DNA from: a virus
Virus record (IMG/VR): IMGVR_UViG_3300048851_000098
Coordinates: 60,172 to 124,171 of that record
DNA length: 64,000 bases
Direction: 5' to 3' (one strand)
The notes under the pieces are model-generated. The model saw only the letters and a list, made by a program, of their open reading frames with translations. It made no database searches and was not told the origin of the DNA. The first letter of the stretch is position 1. Each line of letters starts with the position of its first letter. Shown here piece by piece: positions 45,322 to 54,481 of the stretch. The translations under genes and the position numbers were made by a program.

Positions 45322-45714
45322 TCATGCTGCGCTTGCCTCCAATCGCCGCAACTCTGCCGTTTGGTAGATAAGTGCTGATTGCAACCGGTCTGCCCGATCA
45401 AACGCTCTATCGATAGTGACGGTATCGGTGGCGCGATTGGCTGCGTCACTTGCTTCGAGGTAGTCGCGCTCAGCCTGTGCAATCTTCTCGCGCAGCTCCT
45501 CCATGCGCAGGCGATCACGTTCCCGATCCTCTTCGGTCTGTGCTGCCACAGTCACTTGTGCAACGTCAGCAGCTCTACTAGAACCGGACTGATAGAGCGC
45601 CATAAGAACAGGATTATTGCGGCATGTATCACAGTGCTTCGGTCGTGTGCCGCGTCTAGACTCGCGCTCCCATTCGTGTCTACCTGCTTCACAGTAAAGT
45701 TTTTGAATCGCCAT
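45322..45714 (-). CDS. Zn-ribbon + coiled-coil protein
   Basis: CEAGRHEW...RPKHCDTC, then charged heptads. Confidence 0.65.
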   Translation of the reverse strand: MAIQKLYCEAGRHEWERESRRGTRPKHCDTCRNNPVLMALYQSGSSRAADVAQVTVAAQTEEDRERDRLRMEELREKIAQAERDYLEASDAANRATDTVTIDRAFDRADRLQSALIYQTAELRRLEASAA

Positions 45715-45947
45715 TACTCTTCTCTCCGCGTTCGTTCCAGCGCATTGGCAACAATGCCAATGGTAGCGATTGCACTGGTGTCAATGCCGAGCTTTCGCAA
45801 TGCGCACAGTGCATCCTCGATTTGCTCGCAAGTCTGATCGACAGCCGCCATTGCGACATCCGGCGGATAGTCTGCGGCGAGCAGTTCGGTAAGGATCACC
45901 ATTCGCCGACCGGTTATGACTCTGTCATTGGTGATTCCCCGACTCAT
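45714..45947 (-). CDS. Hypothetical protein
   Basis: Coupled ORF. Confidence 0.55.
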   Translation of the reverse strand: MSRGITNDRVITGRRMVILTELLAADYPPDVAMAAVDQTCEQIEDALCALRKLGIDTSAIATIGIVANALERTRREE

Positions 45948-46282
45948 GCGGAAACCTCTCTGATCTCATATTTGTTTGCTGTTACACGGTGGAATTCCTC
46001 CGCACCGTTGTACTCGGCGATTCGTGCGTTTGCGTCGCGCTGGAAGATGCGAGCCATCCAATGCCCGTATCTGTCCCACGACGGCGCACCACGATCACGA
46101 GCGCCATACGGGCCACTGTTGTAATAACGCTTGGAATCAGCGTCATGCAATCTAACCTCCCAACCGAACGTGCGAATGCGAGGCTTCTGCATCTCGCGCG
46201 TGTCCCACGCGACTGTCAGCCCGACCTCTTCAGCACATGCGCGAAGATCGGTAAAGGTGAGTGAGTCGGAATAAACCTTCAT
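45944..46282 (-). CDS. Conserved phage hypothetical protein
   Basis: AAAGGATCAG start; APSWDRYGHWMARIF.RD.NA pattern. Confidence 0.7.
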   Translation of the reverse strand: MKVYSDSLTFTDLRACAEEVGLTVAWDTREMQKPRIRTFGWEVRLHDADSKRYYNSGPYGARDRGAPSWDRYGHWMARIFQRDANARIAEYNGAEEFHRVTANKYEIREVSA

Positions 46283-46305
46283 AGTCTGATCCTTTCAAAT
46301 TGTGA

Positions 46306-46382
46306 CCTTATAGAGACAATCCACCCTCGATCCCGCCTCACCGCCCGATGGTTAGGAAAGTTTGCGGATTGTCTCTATAAGG
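46306..46382. repeat. 17-bp perfect inverted repeat with 43-nt loop
   Basis: CCTTATAGAGACAATCC (46306-46322) / GGATTGTCTCTATAAGG (46366-46382); adjacent 9-bp hairpin at 46385-46410. Confidence 0.85.
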
Positions 46383-46440
46383 CAACAGACCGCCCTTTCG
46401 AGCGGTCTGTGTTTACCCTATTCGATTGTTCGTCTAGGCG

Positions 46441-47484
46441 CTAGGCGAGAACCGGAATGCCGATCCCGTCAAGCAGCTTCAGCGTGTCCATGTCCAGCCC
46501 GTCCACTTCGCCTCTTGCGGCACGCATCATGTTGCGATCCGCGCGAGTCTGCCCCTTCACGATGCTTTCGTGATGGGCGAACGTGTTGCACGTCTGCACG
46601 ACACCCCACGCGGTGCCCTTCCACGGGGCGCACCGCTGGTCATGCTCGTACATTCTGTTGAGCGCGTCACGCTTGTTCTGCGCGCGCGTCTGGCCCTTGC
46701 CCTCATCCTCGGGCATTGGGACCAACGTTCTCAGGAAGTTGTCCCAATCCTTGGCACTGACCTTGACAGCGGTCAACTCGGCGACCTGCTGTGTGAAGTC
46801 GTCAGCGATGGTGTGAATGATCGCCAGCGCGTCGCGAGCCTCTTGCAGCTTCACACGCGAATATCTGCTGTGCTTCACCTTGAGACGCTGCCGGCCGCCG
46901 TCGTCACCGTTGCCACCCTCGCGCAGTGCTGCCGACATGGTGTTATCGCACACCACGTTGGTCACCACGCGCTGATACGTCGTCGCCAGCGATCCGTCAT
47001 GTGACGTGCAGGCGAGCAGGTTGGGGCGGAACAGCACACCCTCGGGCGTTTCGAGCGTGTCGGGGACCTCGACGCTGACCCACGCGACCGCGCCACCCTT
47101 GAGGAGGCCAGCGGAACCGATGGAAAGCCCGTCATCGAGAATCGAGCCGACCTGATCCAACAGCCACTCCTCGAACTGGTGAACAGAGTAGGACTGTCTG
47201 AAGATGCCGAGAACGTGGCCTGTGTCGGAACGCATGATCGCCTTGCGCTCTCTGTCCACAGTCGTCAGAACGCCGTCTTCGTGCATGTGCGTCGCGGTCA
47301 GCGTGCCCTCGACAGCCTGCCAGTGGAAAAGCCGTCTGCGCACATCCTCGACGGGAATCGCCCCATCGTAGTGATTGCTCTGCTCGCCCTGATCCTCCGC
47401 GCGATAGTGCCACGCATGCCCGCGCTTATCGGTGAAGCCAATCAGCGTGTTGGTGTTGAGCCACTGCGAAGTCTCTTGCGACAT
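46441..47484 (-). CDS. DUF932/DUF945 family protein, copy 2
   Basis: MRSDTGHVLGIF...Y.VHQF, SAGLLKGGAVAWV, TSHDGSLAT, TNVVCDNT, WKGTAWGVVQ. Confidence 0.9.
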   Translation of the reverse strand: MSQETSQWLNTNTLIGFTDKRGHAWHYRAEDQGEQSNHYDGAIPVEDVRRRLFHWQAVEGTLTATHMHEDGVLTTVDRERKAIMRSDTGHVLGIFRQSYSVHQFEEWLLDQVGSILDDGLSIGSAGLLKGGAVAWVSVEVPDTLETPEGVLFRPNLLACTSHDGSLATTYQRVVTNVVCDNTMSAALREGGNGDDGGRQRLKVKHSRYSRVKLQEARDALAIIHTIADDFTQQVAELTAVKVSAKDWDNFLRTLVPMPEDEGKGQTRAQNKRDALNRMYEHDQRCAPWKGTAWGVVQTCNTFAHHESIVKGQTRADRNMMRAARGEVDGLDMDTLKLLDGIGIPVLA

Positions 47485-47612
47485 GGTTACTGATCCTTTT
47501 CTGAGTGATTTCTGAAAACGTCTGATACTGCCGTTAGCTTGCCTGTCTGCCCTCCGGTCGCTTGCTTCCAGCCGATCTTAGCGAATCAGCTAGAAGCATG
47601 CAACCCGTGCCC

Positions 47613-47768
47613 CTACAGAACGTCTCTGGCGCCCAATGCGCTTTCGATCCCGCCGGCCCATGCCAGCCGCGCAATGGCACGCTTCACCGTATCTTCCGCT
47701 TCACTGTCTATGTAATTGTGGTTTTCGTCCCACGCTCTAAGTTGCGCAAGGATCTCTCTAAGTGTCAT
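47613..47768 (-). CDS. Hypothetical protein
   Basis: Start MTLRE at 47768 (ATGA). Confidence 0.5.
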   Translation of the reverse strand: MTLREILAQLRAWDENHNYIDSEAEDTVKRAIARLAWAGGIESALGARDVL

Positions 47769-47884
47769 GCCGGGACAATCACCACCTTGCAACGCTTGAC
47801 CATCTTCGCGCGAGCGATGGCCTGCGCGAGCGTAAGCGGGGTGCTTTCGTACGTGCGGCCGGTGACCTTCCACTTGTTCGCCAT
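47765..47884 (-). CDS. 39-aa basic peptide (not in ORF track)
   Basis: MANKWKVTGRTYESTPLTLAQAIARAKMVKRCKVVIVPA* after AAAGGATCAG. Confidence 0.55.
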   Translation of the reverse strand: MANKWKVTGRTYESTPLTLAQAIARAKMVKRCKVVIVPA

Positions 47885-47932
47885 TTCTTATTCACTGATC
47901 CTTTTGTGATTGATGGTGGTTATTACTGAATG

Positions 47933-48703
47933 TCAGTCGAGCGGGTCGGGAGCACAGAGCATGATGCATCCCTCATCCCACATCATGTGTGCGTCGGGCG
48001 TCGCGCTTGTGTCAGCAGCGCGGTAGTTGTTGATCAGTTGGTCGATTTCCTCCGCATAAGCGGCCCATGTTTCGACCAATCCGCTACCGGGAGGCATGTT
48101 CTGCCACGCCTCCCACACTTGTGATCCGCCTCTCATGGCCCGTGCCGATGGTGAGTATTGCGAACCGTCCATGAGGCATTCCGTCCCATGTGGGCGAACC
48201 GGAGTCGCATTAGCGATTGTCACCAATTCGTTGAAATCTTCTTGTGCGAGCTGCCGTGCGCGAGCTTCGGTCATCTTTTCGTATGACCAAACAACTTCGC
48301 CTCTACTAACCACACCAGCCGATTCCAGTTCTGGCGTATCTTCCGTGGGTTCATCATCAGACATGACAATGCTTGCGATCTCGCCCAAATCCTCTGAAGC
48401 GCTACCGCTGCCCTGATTGATGATTTCACGAACCTCATTCAGCGGCTCACGCGCGTAGCTCGCCGTCTGAATGGCAAAGCGCAGGACATCGCACATTTCG
48501 CCGATGGTGCGACGACGTGAGCCGAATGGTTCACGAACCGCACCGTGTTCCATAATTTCGTGAATGACGTATCCGGCATTTTGCGTGTAGTTCAGATTCC
48601 AAGTGCCGATCTCGATCTCGGAATGAACTGCGGCGCGTCGTCCGAGCGCAGTACACAGACGGATGTGCAGTTCGTACAAGTCTTTTCTTGTTTCGCGTGC
48701 CAT
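47933..48703 (-). CDS. Hypothetical protein
   Basis: 256-aa ORF; GAVREPFGS pattern. Confidence 0.7.
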   Translation of the reverse strand: MARETRKDLYELHIRLCTALGRRAAVHSEIEIGTWNLNYTQNAGYVIHEIMEHGAVREPFGSRRRTIGEMCDVLRFAIQTASYAREPLNEVREIINQGSGSASEDLGEIASIVMSDDEPTEDTPELESAGVVSRGEVVWSYEKMTEARARQLAQEDFNELVTIANATPVRPHGTECLMDGSQYSPSARAMRGGSQVWEAWQNMPPGSGLVETWAAYAEEIDQLINNYRAADTSATPDAHMMWDEGCIMLCAPDPLD

Positions 48704-48709
48704 GGTGAA

Positions 48710-49024
48710 TCAGTCCCCTTCTGCAAAGCAGCCCGTTTCGGCCGCATACATGAGTTCCCGGACGGGATAGAAACCGTCATACAGGCTGTCTCTGAGTGCC
48801 ACACGGAGGAATCCGTCTCGGATGTCCTGCGTGCCCGTCAGGGGGCGCGCATTGGCGTCTGCGTAGATCGCTTGCGCCTCCCCCTCGATCAATCTTCCCC
48901 ACGGCAACGTGACCAGTTCCTTACCGGTCGGCAGGTAGCGGATGTGCAGGTTGCTCCGCGCAGCACGAACGACCCGTTCCAGCGCGACGAAATCCGACAT
49001 GGTGAGCGTGTCCATGGTGATCAC
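48710..49024 (-). CDS. Hypothetical protein
   Basis: Coupled ORF. Confidence 0.6.
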   Translation of the reverse strand: MITMDTLTMSDFVALERVVRAARSNLHIRYLPTGKELVTLPWGRLIEGEAQAIYADANARPLTGTQDIRDGFLRVALRDSLYDGFYPVRELMYAAETGCFAEGD

Positions 49025-49165
49025 CCTCGCATGCTCGGGTCGGGATGAAAGCGCAGCTCAAACAGCAGGTGCAAAATCTTTATGGCGAACATTGCTGATC
49101 CTTTGCAGTTGTTAGCGAACCAATGCCAATATCCGCCATGGTGACGGATACTCGCATTCGTTCGA

Positions 49166-49351
49166 CTAGAGATAGATCTCAAGGTGACAGCCGGGCGGAA
49201 CGTGCAAGCTTGCCTGATCCAATGCACCATCCATGAATCTGACTTCGATAACAGCGCCTTCCGTCTCTCGAATGCTGTCAATACTCGTGAGAGTGTTTGG
49301 CTCTATAAGCCCGTCATCTTGCACGTTGTTTGGGACAACTCGAATGAACAT
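49166..49351 (-). CDS. Hypothetical protein
   Basis: AAAGGATCAG start. Confidence 0.6.
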   Translation of the reverse strand: MFIRVVPNNVQDDGLIEPNTLTSIDSIRETEGAVIEVRFMDGALDQASLHVPPGCHLEIYL

Positions 49352-49368
49352 GGTGAAGAACTGATCCT

Positions 49369-49545
49369 TTAGAAGAGTCCTGCATTTTCAGCGGACTTGA
49401 GGAGACACACACGATTACGTCCGGGTGTGCTCTCTGCCTCGAAACTGTCACGAACCCAATATGCGTTCGCATTACTGCGCCGATAGAGCCACAGTTCGTA
49501 ACTGTGTTGAATCATCGACTTGAGTTGTTCTCTGTACGAACGCAT
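49369..49545 (-). CDS. Hypothetical protein
   Basis: Start MRSYR at 49545 after AAAGGATCAG. Confidence 0.6.
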   Translation of the reverse strand: MRSYREQLKSMIQHSYELWLYRRSNANAYWVRDSFEAESTPGRNRVCLLKSAENAGLF

Positions 49546-49566
49546 GGTGGCTGATCCTTTCAAAGT

Positions 49567-51193
49567 CTATGTACATAGTCCGTATGCACGCATCGCGCGT
49601 AGAGCAGCGTATGCACGCATCGGCCCTCAACTATGCGACAGCACCAAAGACCCAACAGGTATGACTGACGTGTCTATGGCGTAGTCGTCGCTCGGCACGT
49701 AGAAGCACATGACCCACGCTCTACTACCGTGCGGGCGAAGCATGCCGCGCAACTCCCGCGTGGCAACCACTGCATCACCACCGTCAACCGAACCACCGTC
49801 CGGCCCTTCATCTCTTCGCAGCATCTTTTCCCCTATAGGTAGAGAGTAGATATGGATAGGTGTGCAGTTGGTTTGCAATCACCTGTCTTTACACCACGAA
49901 CGCTGTATACATAGACTATGTACATACGATCCTATGTCTACAGTCGTGCGTATGCACGCATTCGACTACCTACACAGTGCCTCTATGCACGCATCCTCTG
50001 TCCTCACCCCCTGATATCCAGTTCCCATGTTGCGCCACGTCAGCTAAATAGGGTGCTTTTCAGAAAAAACTCTGTAGCTACAGACTATGTATACAGCCTA
50101 TATATACAGACTATGTACATACGATTTTGACCCTCAACCTACGAATATGTACATAGAGCGCCTACGTGCCAGAACACTATGTACATAGGATCGGAACGAT
50201 TCTGGCCCTCACCTACACGTACGGGCTAATGCGTGCATACCCCTTAGCTCTATTAGGCTTAGGTCTGCGTGATCTCTTGTTATTTCTGTATGTGAAGGGC
50301 ACATCAACAAGGGCCACATAGCCACCTGTAACACCACACTTGCCCTTCACACGGATGATATGCGGCTGATCCTTACTAAGACGCATTTCTGATCCTTTCT
50401 GTATGCACGCATAGAAGCTATTTGCGTAGTTCCTATGCCTACGCCCCGCATGCGCTTGTATCTGCTAACGCACACGGGGCTATTAGGCGCTGATCCTCTA
50501 TCGAAGCTTTAGCAGGAGGGCCATACAACGCTGTGCGCCGGCTCAGGCCCTCGTATCGGATAACTCCCCCTGCGCAGACAGCTAGTCCCTAGGGGCGGTA
50601 CATGGGCGGTACTCAGAACATCTTTCTGGCCTCATGTTGGCTACATACGCATGTGCGCTGCAATCAATCCGATACGTACCGATTGCATTTCCCGTGAGCG
50701 TGCGGGGTTCCTTCCTATGTAACTGATAGAGGAGAGCTGTTAGCAAGTCCTCTGCGGTTAGGGCGGGAAGTGCGGCCCAACCGACAAAAAGAAATCTACA
50801 GAGACTTAGTAGCAGTGTCAAGGGATTTCGCAAAGAATTTCCTATTCCTTCAAAAAGCCTGCATATCAGCACTTTTTGCATATCCACTTGGCACGTAGAC
50901 ATTTACCACTCAAGCCCACCCCCACCCTTTTCCTCTTGCACCCCCGCGCTCACCACCCAAAGCCGATGTACGCCCCTTTGTTCGGGATAGGTCACCGACC
51001 GATGTCTGTATACATAGGATTCCGACCAACCGACCGAACACTATGTACATAGTCTTCCGAGCAATCCGACCGACCACCCCCACCCTTCGCACTCAGCTCC
51101 CGGCCTTCTCACACATTCACCCCACCCCCGCAGACATTCACACCAAAATCTCAGAGCGTACTATAAAGATAGCTAGGGAGACTGTATATACAG
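49567..51193. repeat. Mostly non-coding region with two clustered motif families
   Basis: ~12 copies of a 12-bp palindrome CTRTRTAYAYAG (e.g. CTATGTACATAG at 49567, 50177, 51041; CTGTATATACAG at 51182); 6 copies of TATGCACGCAT (49583, 49610, 49951, 49984, 50402, reverse 50229); CCGAC runs and C/A-rich skew at 50.9-51.15 kb. Confidence 0.85.
50213..50386 (-). CDS. 57-aa basic protein (not in ORF track)
   Basis: ATG after AAAGGATCAG; MRLSKDQPHIIRVKGKCGVTGGYVALVDVPFTYRNNKRSRRPKPNRAKGYARISPYV*. Confidence 0.5.
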   Translation of the reverse strand: MRLSKDQPHIIRVKGKCGVTGGYVALVDVPFTYRNNKRSRRPKPNRAKGYARISPYV

Positions 51194-51261
51194 ACCCTTA
51201 GCGTTTCGGCTTGCAAACCTTTCTCAAAATCCGTTTTTCTACGGATTTCAAAATCTTTTGG

Positions 51262-51495
51262 CTAGCCGTTGCGGTCCATGTGCTCGTGGTCTGCCATCTC
51301 GACGGCGAGCTTGCACAACTCGTAGTCGAGCTGAGTTGCGATTGTCATCACTGCGCGTTCGCTCTCGTCGTCACCGACAGAGATAGCGCGAAGGTATTGC
51401 GCTTCCAGCTCGTCCATTCGCACTCGCAATACGCCATACAGCGCAGGAAGATTGAATGAAGTTTTGACCTTCATAAGATTGCCGAAGATGCGCAT
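51262..51495 (-). CDS. Small helical paralog family member 1
   Basis: NLPALYGVLRVRMDELEAQY. Confidence 0.7.
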   Translation of the reverse strand: MRIFGNLMKVKTSFNLPALYGVLRVRMDELEAQYLRAISVGDDESERAVMTIATQLDYELCKLAVEMADHEHMDRNG

Positions 51496-51716
51496 TACTC
51501 ACCAAAGAGAACGGTTTCGAGACGTTCGATCTCTGTGCGCAATCTGATGGCTTGGTTGTACACCACGAATCGCCGCATGCTCTTTGGTGTGGCCCGGTTG
51601 TAATACAGAATCAGCTCGTGCATCTCATTCCAGCGCATATCGAGCACAGCCGAAAGAGCGGGCAATCTGAAGAAATACTCAAGCCGTGCGATCTTGACGT
51701 TCGTATCGGCCATCAC
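51495..51716 (-). CDS. Small helical paralog family member 2
   Basis: RLPALSAVLDMRWNEMHELI. Confidence 0.7.
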   Translation of the reverse strand: MMADTNVKIARLEYFFRLPALSAVLDMRWNEMHELILYYNRATPKSMRRFVVYNQAIRLRTEIERLETVLFGE

Positions 51717-51928
51717 ATCGGTCTGATCAGTCTCAGAAGATCCAGCACTCTGAAGACTTCGATATCCAATTCGAGGATGCGTGCTGTGGGGAATTCGGCT
51801 TCGCCGATGAACACGCTATCCCCTCTCAGCTCTCTGCGGCGCAACGACAGACAACGCGCGAGAGCGGGGTAGTCTGCTCTCCGCAGCATCTCGTACCCTG
51901 TGGCGTCGAATCGGTATTGCCTCATCAC
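51713..51928 (-). CDS. Small helical paralog family member 3
   Basis: DYPALARCLSLRRRELRGDS. Confidence 0.7.
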   Translation of the reverse strand: MMRQYRFDATGYEMLRRADYPALARCLSLRRRELRGDSVFIGEAEFPTARILELDIEVFRVLDLLRLIRPM

Positions 51929-52143
51929 GCCGGTCCGATGGGGCCTATCAGGTTGTAGATGTACTCGGCCTCGACCTGCATCATGTCGGACGTGATTGCT
52001 ACGCGCGCAGCCGTCTTCTCATCCCTGCTGCGCTGTGCAGCGGCGTACATCAACACCAGCTCTTCAAGCCGATCTTGGACGATCCGGCTGACAGCTACCA
52101 GCTCGGCTCTTTCGAGCATGAGTGTTTCCTCGAAAGCTCTCAT
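51925..52143 (-). CDS. Small helical paralog family member 4
   Basis: ELVAVSRIVQDRLEELVLMY. Confidence 0.65.
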   Translation of the reverse strand: MRAFEETLMLERAELVAVSRIVQDRLEELVLMYAAAQRSRDEKTAARVAITSDMMQVEAEYIYNLIGPIGPA

Positions 52144-52370
52144 GCTGGATAATCTTCCAAGATCTTTTCAGTTTCACCAGTAACGCGATTAGCTACTTCA
52201 GATATTCGATCAAGTCGCATTCGGCGAAAAACACCATCGCGCCTATATAGATGATCGATATAGCGATAGTGCTCTTCAAGCTCTGCCATGCGAAGCTGAG
52301 TGACTTCAGCCAATGTTGGAAGTCTTGCCAAACGAAGGTTTCGAGTGGCATCGTACGTCCAGCGCGTCAT
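52140..52370 (-). CDS. Small helical paralog family member 5
   Basis: RLPTLAEVTQLRMAELEEHY. Confidence 0.7.
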   Translation of the reverse strand: MTRWTYDATRNLRLARLPTLAEVTQLRMAELEEHYRYIDHLYRRDGVFRRMRLDRISEVANRVTGETEKILEDYPA

Positions 52371-52564
52371 TTATCGTTCGCCTCCATAAGGAGAGCGACC
52401 CTGAATACCTCAAGATCAAGCTTATTGTCAACACGACGCACTATCATGCGACGACGAACAATTTCGTAATTGCGATTTAGCTCATCGACACGCAAGCGAA
52501 TGATTCTGGCGAGAGCAGGCAAGCCAGCACGTTGCAATTCGCCCTCCCACTCTCTGTAGCTCAC
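52367..52564 (-). CDS. Small helical paralog family member 6
   Basis: GLPALARIIRLRVDELNRNY. Confidence 0.7.
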   Translation of the reverse strand: MSYREWEGELQRAGLPALARIIRLRVDELNRNYEIVRRRMIVRRVDNKLDLEVFRVALLMEANDK

Positions 52565-52773
52565 AACATCAATCTGATTGCTTTGCTGATCTCATACGAA
52601 AGTCTCATTGCTACTACATAAGAATCCGCCAGCACAACATCAATCGGTATAATATCATCGTAATCAGGTATTTCGTTGTTATATGCTTCGGTCAGCTCTT
52701 CATTGCGGATCTCAAGCACTCTGACAAGTGCAGGCAATCCAACACTGACTAGATCGGTACGCCAATCACTCAT
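52561..52773 (-). CDS. Small helical paralog family member 7
   Basis: GLPALVRVLEIRNEELTEAY. Confidence 0.7.
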   Translation of the reverse strand: MSDWRTDLVSVGLPALVRVLEIRNEELTEAYNNEIPDYDDIIPIDVVLADSYVVAMRLSYEISKAIRLML

Positions 52774-52957
52774 AATGAGCAAGAATACGCATACATTCGT
52801 GTTTTAGAATATGAACTCTGCGCATCATTTGAACTCGCTCTTCGCTGATAGGACCAAGCGGCTGAAATCTCTTTACCAGCTCAGCCTTGCGAACTTGCAC
52901 CACATGCGCGAGTCCAGGTAGACCACAATCGAAAAGCCGCTGCGAATACGGGTTCAT
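52766..52957 (-). CDS. Small helical paralog family member 8
   Basis: GLPGLAHVVQVRKAELVKRF; start MNPYS at 52957. Confidence 0.7.
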   Translation of the reverse strand: MNPYSQRLFDCGLPGLAHVVQVRKAELVKRFQPLGPISEERVQMMRRVHILKHECMRILAHYE

Positions 52958-53961
52958 TCCACTACTCGCGCTTTTACCACGAGCGGCTTGTCTTCCGGAC
53001 CCTTGACGTAGGGCGGTCGCCAGATGCGGATGCACTCTCTGCCCCCGATCATCATCACCTTCTCGGGCTTATCGCGCTTCCACTTCTCGAAGAGCTTGTT
53101 CGGTGTGCCTTCGGCCGTCTGCGCGAAATGGTGGGCGTAGTTGCCGGCGACCTCGAAGCGGTGCGAGTAGTCCACGTGCGCGCTCTCGTCGCTCTTGCGC
53201 TGGCGCCGCGAACGTTGCATCACCTTGACCGTGAGCGGGACCTGTTGGTTCTTCCGCGCAGCGCGCTTGCGCTCGTTACGCGACAGCTCTACCTCGTCCA
53301 GGTAGACGTTGGCCGATTGAAGCATTGCGATCACAGCAAGCGCACGCTCGACCTGATCGATGTGGTTCTCCATCAGCGTCCGCTTGTCTTCAGCAGAAAG
53401 CGACAATGCTGTCTCGTGAAAATCCTTGCTCCACGTAGTGAGCAAGGTCATATCGTCTTCGCGAGCCTTAGATGCATCTGGCTTCAGAGCTTGTCCTGAA
53501 AGATCGATGAATCCGCGATAAAAATCAGATTCATCTTTGTTCACGCCAATTGCCGAAGCGCTCATTGGATTGACCATCATCACTGGTGCAAATGTTCTCG
53601 ACTGCGTTGCTCCGAACCCAAGACCAGTCACGCCCAATTCTGTCTGCATCAGCAAAGCACCGATGCAGATAGATCCATCTCTGTAGCCTTCGAGATCAGA
53701 TCCCAGCGTATCTACGAAAATCGTGTCAAAGGGCAATACGCAGCCATGCATGAATTCTGCAAGGTTTTCGTATGCTCTTTTTCTAAACTTGTCGTCATTG
53801 AACAGATTAGGAAGAACGTTTACTTGCGCGGGTTTTACAGCGATCACGCGAGCCACCTGCATCAGGTTCATGATCGATCTAGAAAACTCATTGCCTTGAT
53901 ATTCGAGAGCACTCCACGCGCGCGTAAAGCCGGGCGCGCTCGCCCACACCGGCCGTCTCAT
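52954..53961 (-). CDS. Conserved phage hypothetical protein interrupting the paralog array
   Basis: C-terminal YSHRFEVAGNYAHH...IWRPPYVKGPEDKP resembles the HRxxVxGHW...W..P..KGP family. Confidence 0.7.
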   Translation of the reverse strand: MRRPVWASAPGFTRAWSALEYQGNEFSRSIMNLMQVARVIAVKPAQVNVLPNLFNDDKFRKRAYENLAEFMHGCVLPFDTIFVDTLGSDLEGYRDGSICIGALLMQTELGVTGLGFGATQSRTFAPVMMVNPMSASAIGVNKDESDFYRGFIDLSGQALKPDASKAREDDMTLLTTWSKDFHETALSLSAEDKRTLMENHIDQVERALAVIAMLQSANVYLDEVELSRNERKRAARKNQQVPLTVKVMQRSRRQRKSDESAHVDYSHRFEVAGNYAHHFAQTAEGTPNKLFEKWKRDKPEKVMMIGGRECIRIWRPPYVKGPEDKPLVVKARVVE

Positions 53962-54224
53962 TCTGATTCGCCTTCCTGTTCTAACATCAACACCACAATC
54001 CCGTACATATCGTCGTAAAGCGCTTCTACATCAGAAATGATTTCGCTATTCCACTTGAATTCTTTTGCAATGACATATTGTGAAGAAAGAAAGCTAATAC
54101 GAGTCTCCAAGACGCCGCTAAGACCTACATAGCCTTCTTCTTCTGCCATCTCTGCCCATGATCTCATATGGTCGAGCAACTTCGAGATGCGTACAGCTCG
54201 TGCGATCTCTTCAGAACGACTCAT
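53958..54224 (-). CDS. Small helical paralog family member 9
   Basis: GYVGLSGVLETRISFLSSQY. Confidence 0.6.
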   Translation of the reverse strand: MSRSEEIARAVRISKLLDHMRSWAEMAEEEGYVGLSGVLETRISFLSSQYVIAKEFKWNSEIISDVEALYDDMYGIVVLMLEQEGESE

Positions 54225-54481
54225 TATACTCTATCTGCGAGTCTAAGTACAGCGAGTTCTCTATTGAGCTTTTCCAGAGTGAGAATCAGCTTACGCTTTG
54301 TGACAAGCGATGTTCCGGTTGCATAAAAGATGATCTCGATCTCTCTCAGACGCAAAAAGATACAGTTACCCAAACCGGTGGGTCGGCGATTTCCGTGGTA
54401 GTATCGAAACCGATATCCGACAGTACGACGAATTTCTTCGAATCGTCCAACCAGATATGTATCTACATCGGTCACGCCCAC
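54224..54481 (-). CDS. Small helical paralog family member 10
   Basis: RPTGLGNCIFLRLREIEIIF. Confidence 0.6.
   Translation of the reverse strand: MGVTDVDTYLVGRFEEIRRTVGYRFRYYHGNRRPTGLGNCIFLRLREIEIIFYATGTSLVTKRKLILTLEKLNRELAVLRLADRV

Noticed and set aside
49567-51193. CRISPR array or LexA/SOS boxes
   Set aside because: Repeats are 11-12 bp, irregularly spaced, with no constant-length spacers and no cas genes. CTGT-N4-ACAG spacing does not match the 16-bp proteobacterial SOS box, and the actinobacterial TCGAAC-N4-GTTCGA is absent.
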